In this document: one piece after another, positions 62,426-64,000 of the stretch
Layout of the letters: the number at the start of each line of letters is the position of its first letter
Numbering within the stretch: position 1 is the stretch's first letter
From: Octopus sinensis
Lineage: Eukaryota
Length of the DNA stretch: 64,000 bases
NCBI RefSeq assembly: GCF_006345805.1
Contig: NC_043005.1
Coordinates: forward strand, 3,348,001-3,412,000
Reading direction: 5' to 3'
Program-made: the position numbers and the translations under genes
Notes under the pieces: generated by a model
The model's input: only the letters and a program-made list of their open reading frames with translations
Databases searched by the model: none
What the model was told of the DNA's origin: nothing

Positions 62426-62492
62426 ATATATATATGTATATATATATTTATATATATATATGTGTATGTATATATGTATATATCTATATATA

Positions 62493-63766
62493 TTAGGTTG
62501 GCCAAAAAGTCCGTTTTTTAGGTGAGAATCAAAACAAAGTAAACAATTGTGAAAAATGTATTTAATCAATACAATAGTTACCATTTGCTTCTATAACCTT
62601 TCGCCACCTGTTGGGTAGATCTTTAATCCCCTGTTTGAAGAATTTAGGTTCTTTATTAGCAAAAAAAGTTTCCAAGAAAGTTTTCACGTCTTCATCAGAA
62701 TTAAAATTTTTTCCATTCAAAGAATTTTGCAGTGACCGAAACAGATGGAAATCTGATGGGACCAGATCTGGAGAGTACGGAGGGTAAGGCAAAACTTCCC
62801 ACTCAAGCTGCAGCAACTTCTGCCGAGTAATCAAAGCAGTGTGTGGCCTTGCGTTGTCATGGTGGAAAACAACACCTTTGCCATTCACCAGTTCTGGCTG
62901 TTTTTGATGAAGAGCCGTGTTTAATTTATCAGTTGTTCACAATAAACCTCTGAATTGATGGTTTTATTCAAGGGAAGAAGTTCAAACAAGATAACACCCT
63001 TCCAATCCCACCATATCGATAATGGAACTTTCTTCGGATGAAGACCTGCTTTGGATGTTCGTTTTGGAGAATCCCCTGCTTTTTTCCATGATCTTCTTCG
63101 TTTCACATTATTGTAAACTACCCACTTTTCATCCCCAGTTACAATTCTTCTCAAAAAGGGTTCGTTGTTTTCCCTTTTCAGTAATGAATCGCAAATGGAA
63201 ACCCTCTGGACAAGATTTGCTTCTGTCAATTTATGGGGAACCCAAACATCAAGTTTAGAAACGTAACCAAGTTTATACAATTCATTTTCCACACTTGTTT
63301 TGGATATGTTAAGAATATCTGTGATTTGTCTGGTTGTAAGACTGCAGTCTTGTTTGACTACAGCTCTCAGTTGGTTGATGTCAATTTCTTTTTGCCGGTC
63401 AGAGCGAGGTGCATCTCTTACTGAAAAATTCCCTGATCGAAATCGAGCAAGCCGTTTCTGGAACACCTGTTCTGAAACAGCATTCTCTCCATACACATTG
63501 CATAACTTTCGGCAAGTTTCTGTTGCTTTCTTTTTCTGAAGTAAAAAAGCATAAGATGCCGATAGTGCTCCGCCTGGGCTTCCATGTCTAGGCTCAAATG
63601 CAATCAAACAAGTTGCAATCACTCTCCTTTGAGGCTTGTTACACACTGATGTAACCTTGGTCATTATACCGAATACAGTTTCTAAAGAAAAAGAATATCG
63701 GAACAGTGATTAGAAGACCGGACAGTTGATACTAAAAAAAATGAACGGACTTTTTGGCCAACCCAA
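62493..63766 (-). mobile_element. Full-length mariner transposon (1274 bp)
   Basis: TIRs TTAGGTTGGCCAAAAAGTCCGTT / rc TTGGGTTGGCCAAAAAGTCCGTT, TA dinucleotides at 62491-62492 and 63767-63768. Confidence 0.96.
62562..63585 (-). pseudogene. Mariner D,D34D transposase, two frameshifts
   Basis: MEAQAEHYRHLMLFYFRK / WVPHKL / IVTGDEKWVVY / HHDNARPH-x-YSPDLVPSDFHLF with 34 residues between the last two Asp; frame breaks near 63530 and 62929. Confidence 0.95.
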
Positions 63767-63794
63767 TATATGTATATATCTATATGTATATATA

Positions 63795-64000
63795 TAATCG
63801 TTACCAGCATCGCCTTACTGGCACTTGTGCTGGTAGCATGTGAAAAACAACATTCAAGCGAGGCCGTTGCCAGTGCCGCTGGAATGGCTCCTGTGCAGGT
63901 GGCACGTAAAAAAACACCATTTGAGCATGGCCGTTGCCAGTACTGCCTAACTGGCCCTCGTGCCGGTGGCATATAAAAGCACCCACTACACTCTGAGTGG
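63795..64000 (+). mobile_element. RTE 3' UTR-derived repeat (family E), runs off the window
   Basis: Tandem GGCACGTAAAAAA-CACC units then AAGCACCCACTACACTCT. Confidence 0.8.

Noticed and set aside
62562-63585. Domesticated SETMAR-like transposase
   Set aside because: Both TIRs and TA flanks intact, ORF frameshifted, no SET exon or splice link seen.

Overview
AT-rich, repeat-dense animal genomic DNA. The SINE/LINE repertoire and histone sequences point to a mollusc, most likely an octopus (inference). The first 15 kb hold a loose replication-dependent histone cluster: H2A(-)/H2B(+) at 2.0-3.0 kb, H4(+) at 7.2 kb and an inverted second pair H2B(-)/H2A(+) at 14.0-15.1 kb. No H3 or H1 is in the window. 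Four genes end in a perfect GGCCCTTTTCAGGGCC stem-loop; the second H2A has a broken one followed by AATAAA signals. The two pairs have near-identical coding sequences but unrelated promoters. The rest is mostly mobile-element debris: several tRNA-derived SINE families, RTE, CR1 and L1/Tx1 LINE fragments, a TSD-bounded ORF1-only retroelement, Penelope-like ends carrying minimal hammerhead ribozyme motifs, piggyBac-, Mutator- and hAT-type MITEs, and two mariners (one split by a CR1 insertion, one full-length with frameshifts). Also present: a 31-bp minisatellite grown from a MITE terminus, a ~5 kb degenerate (TA)n tract, a 100-N gap, and a CpG-rich candidate promoter/first exon at ~33.4 kb. All alignments were done by eye; repeat boundaries are approximate unless a TSD or TIR is quoted.
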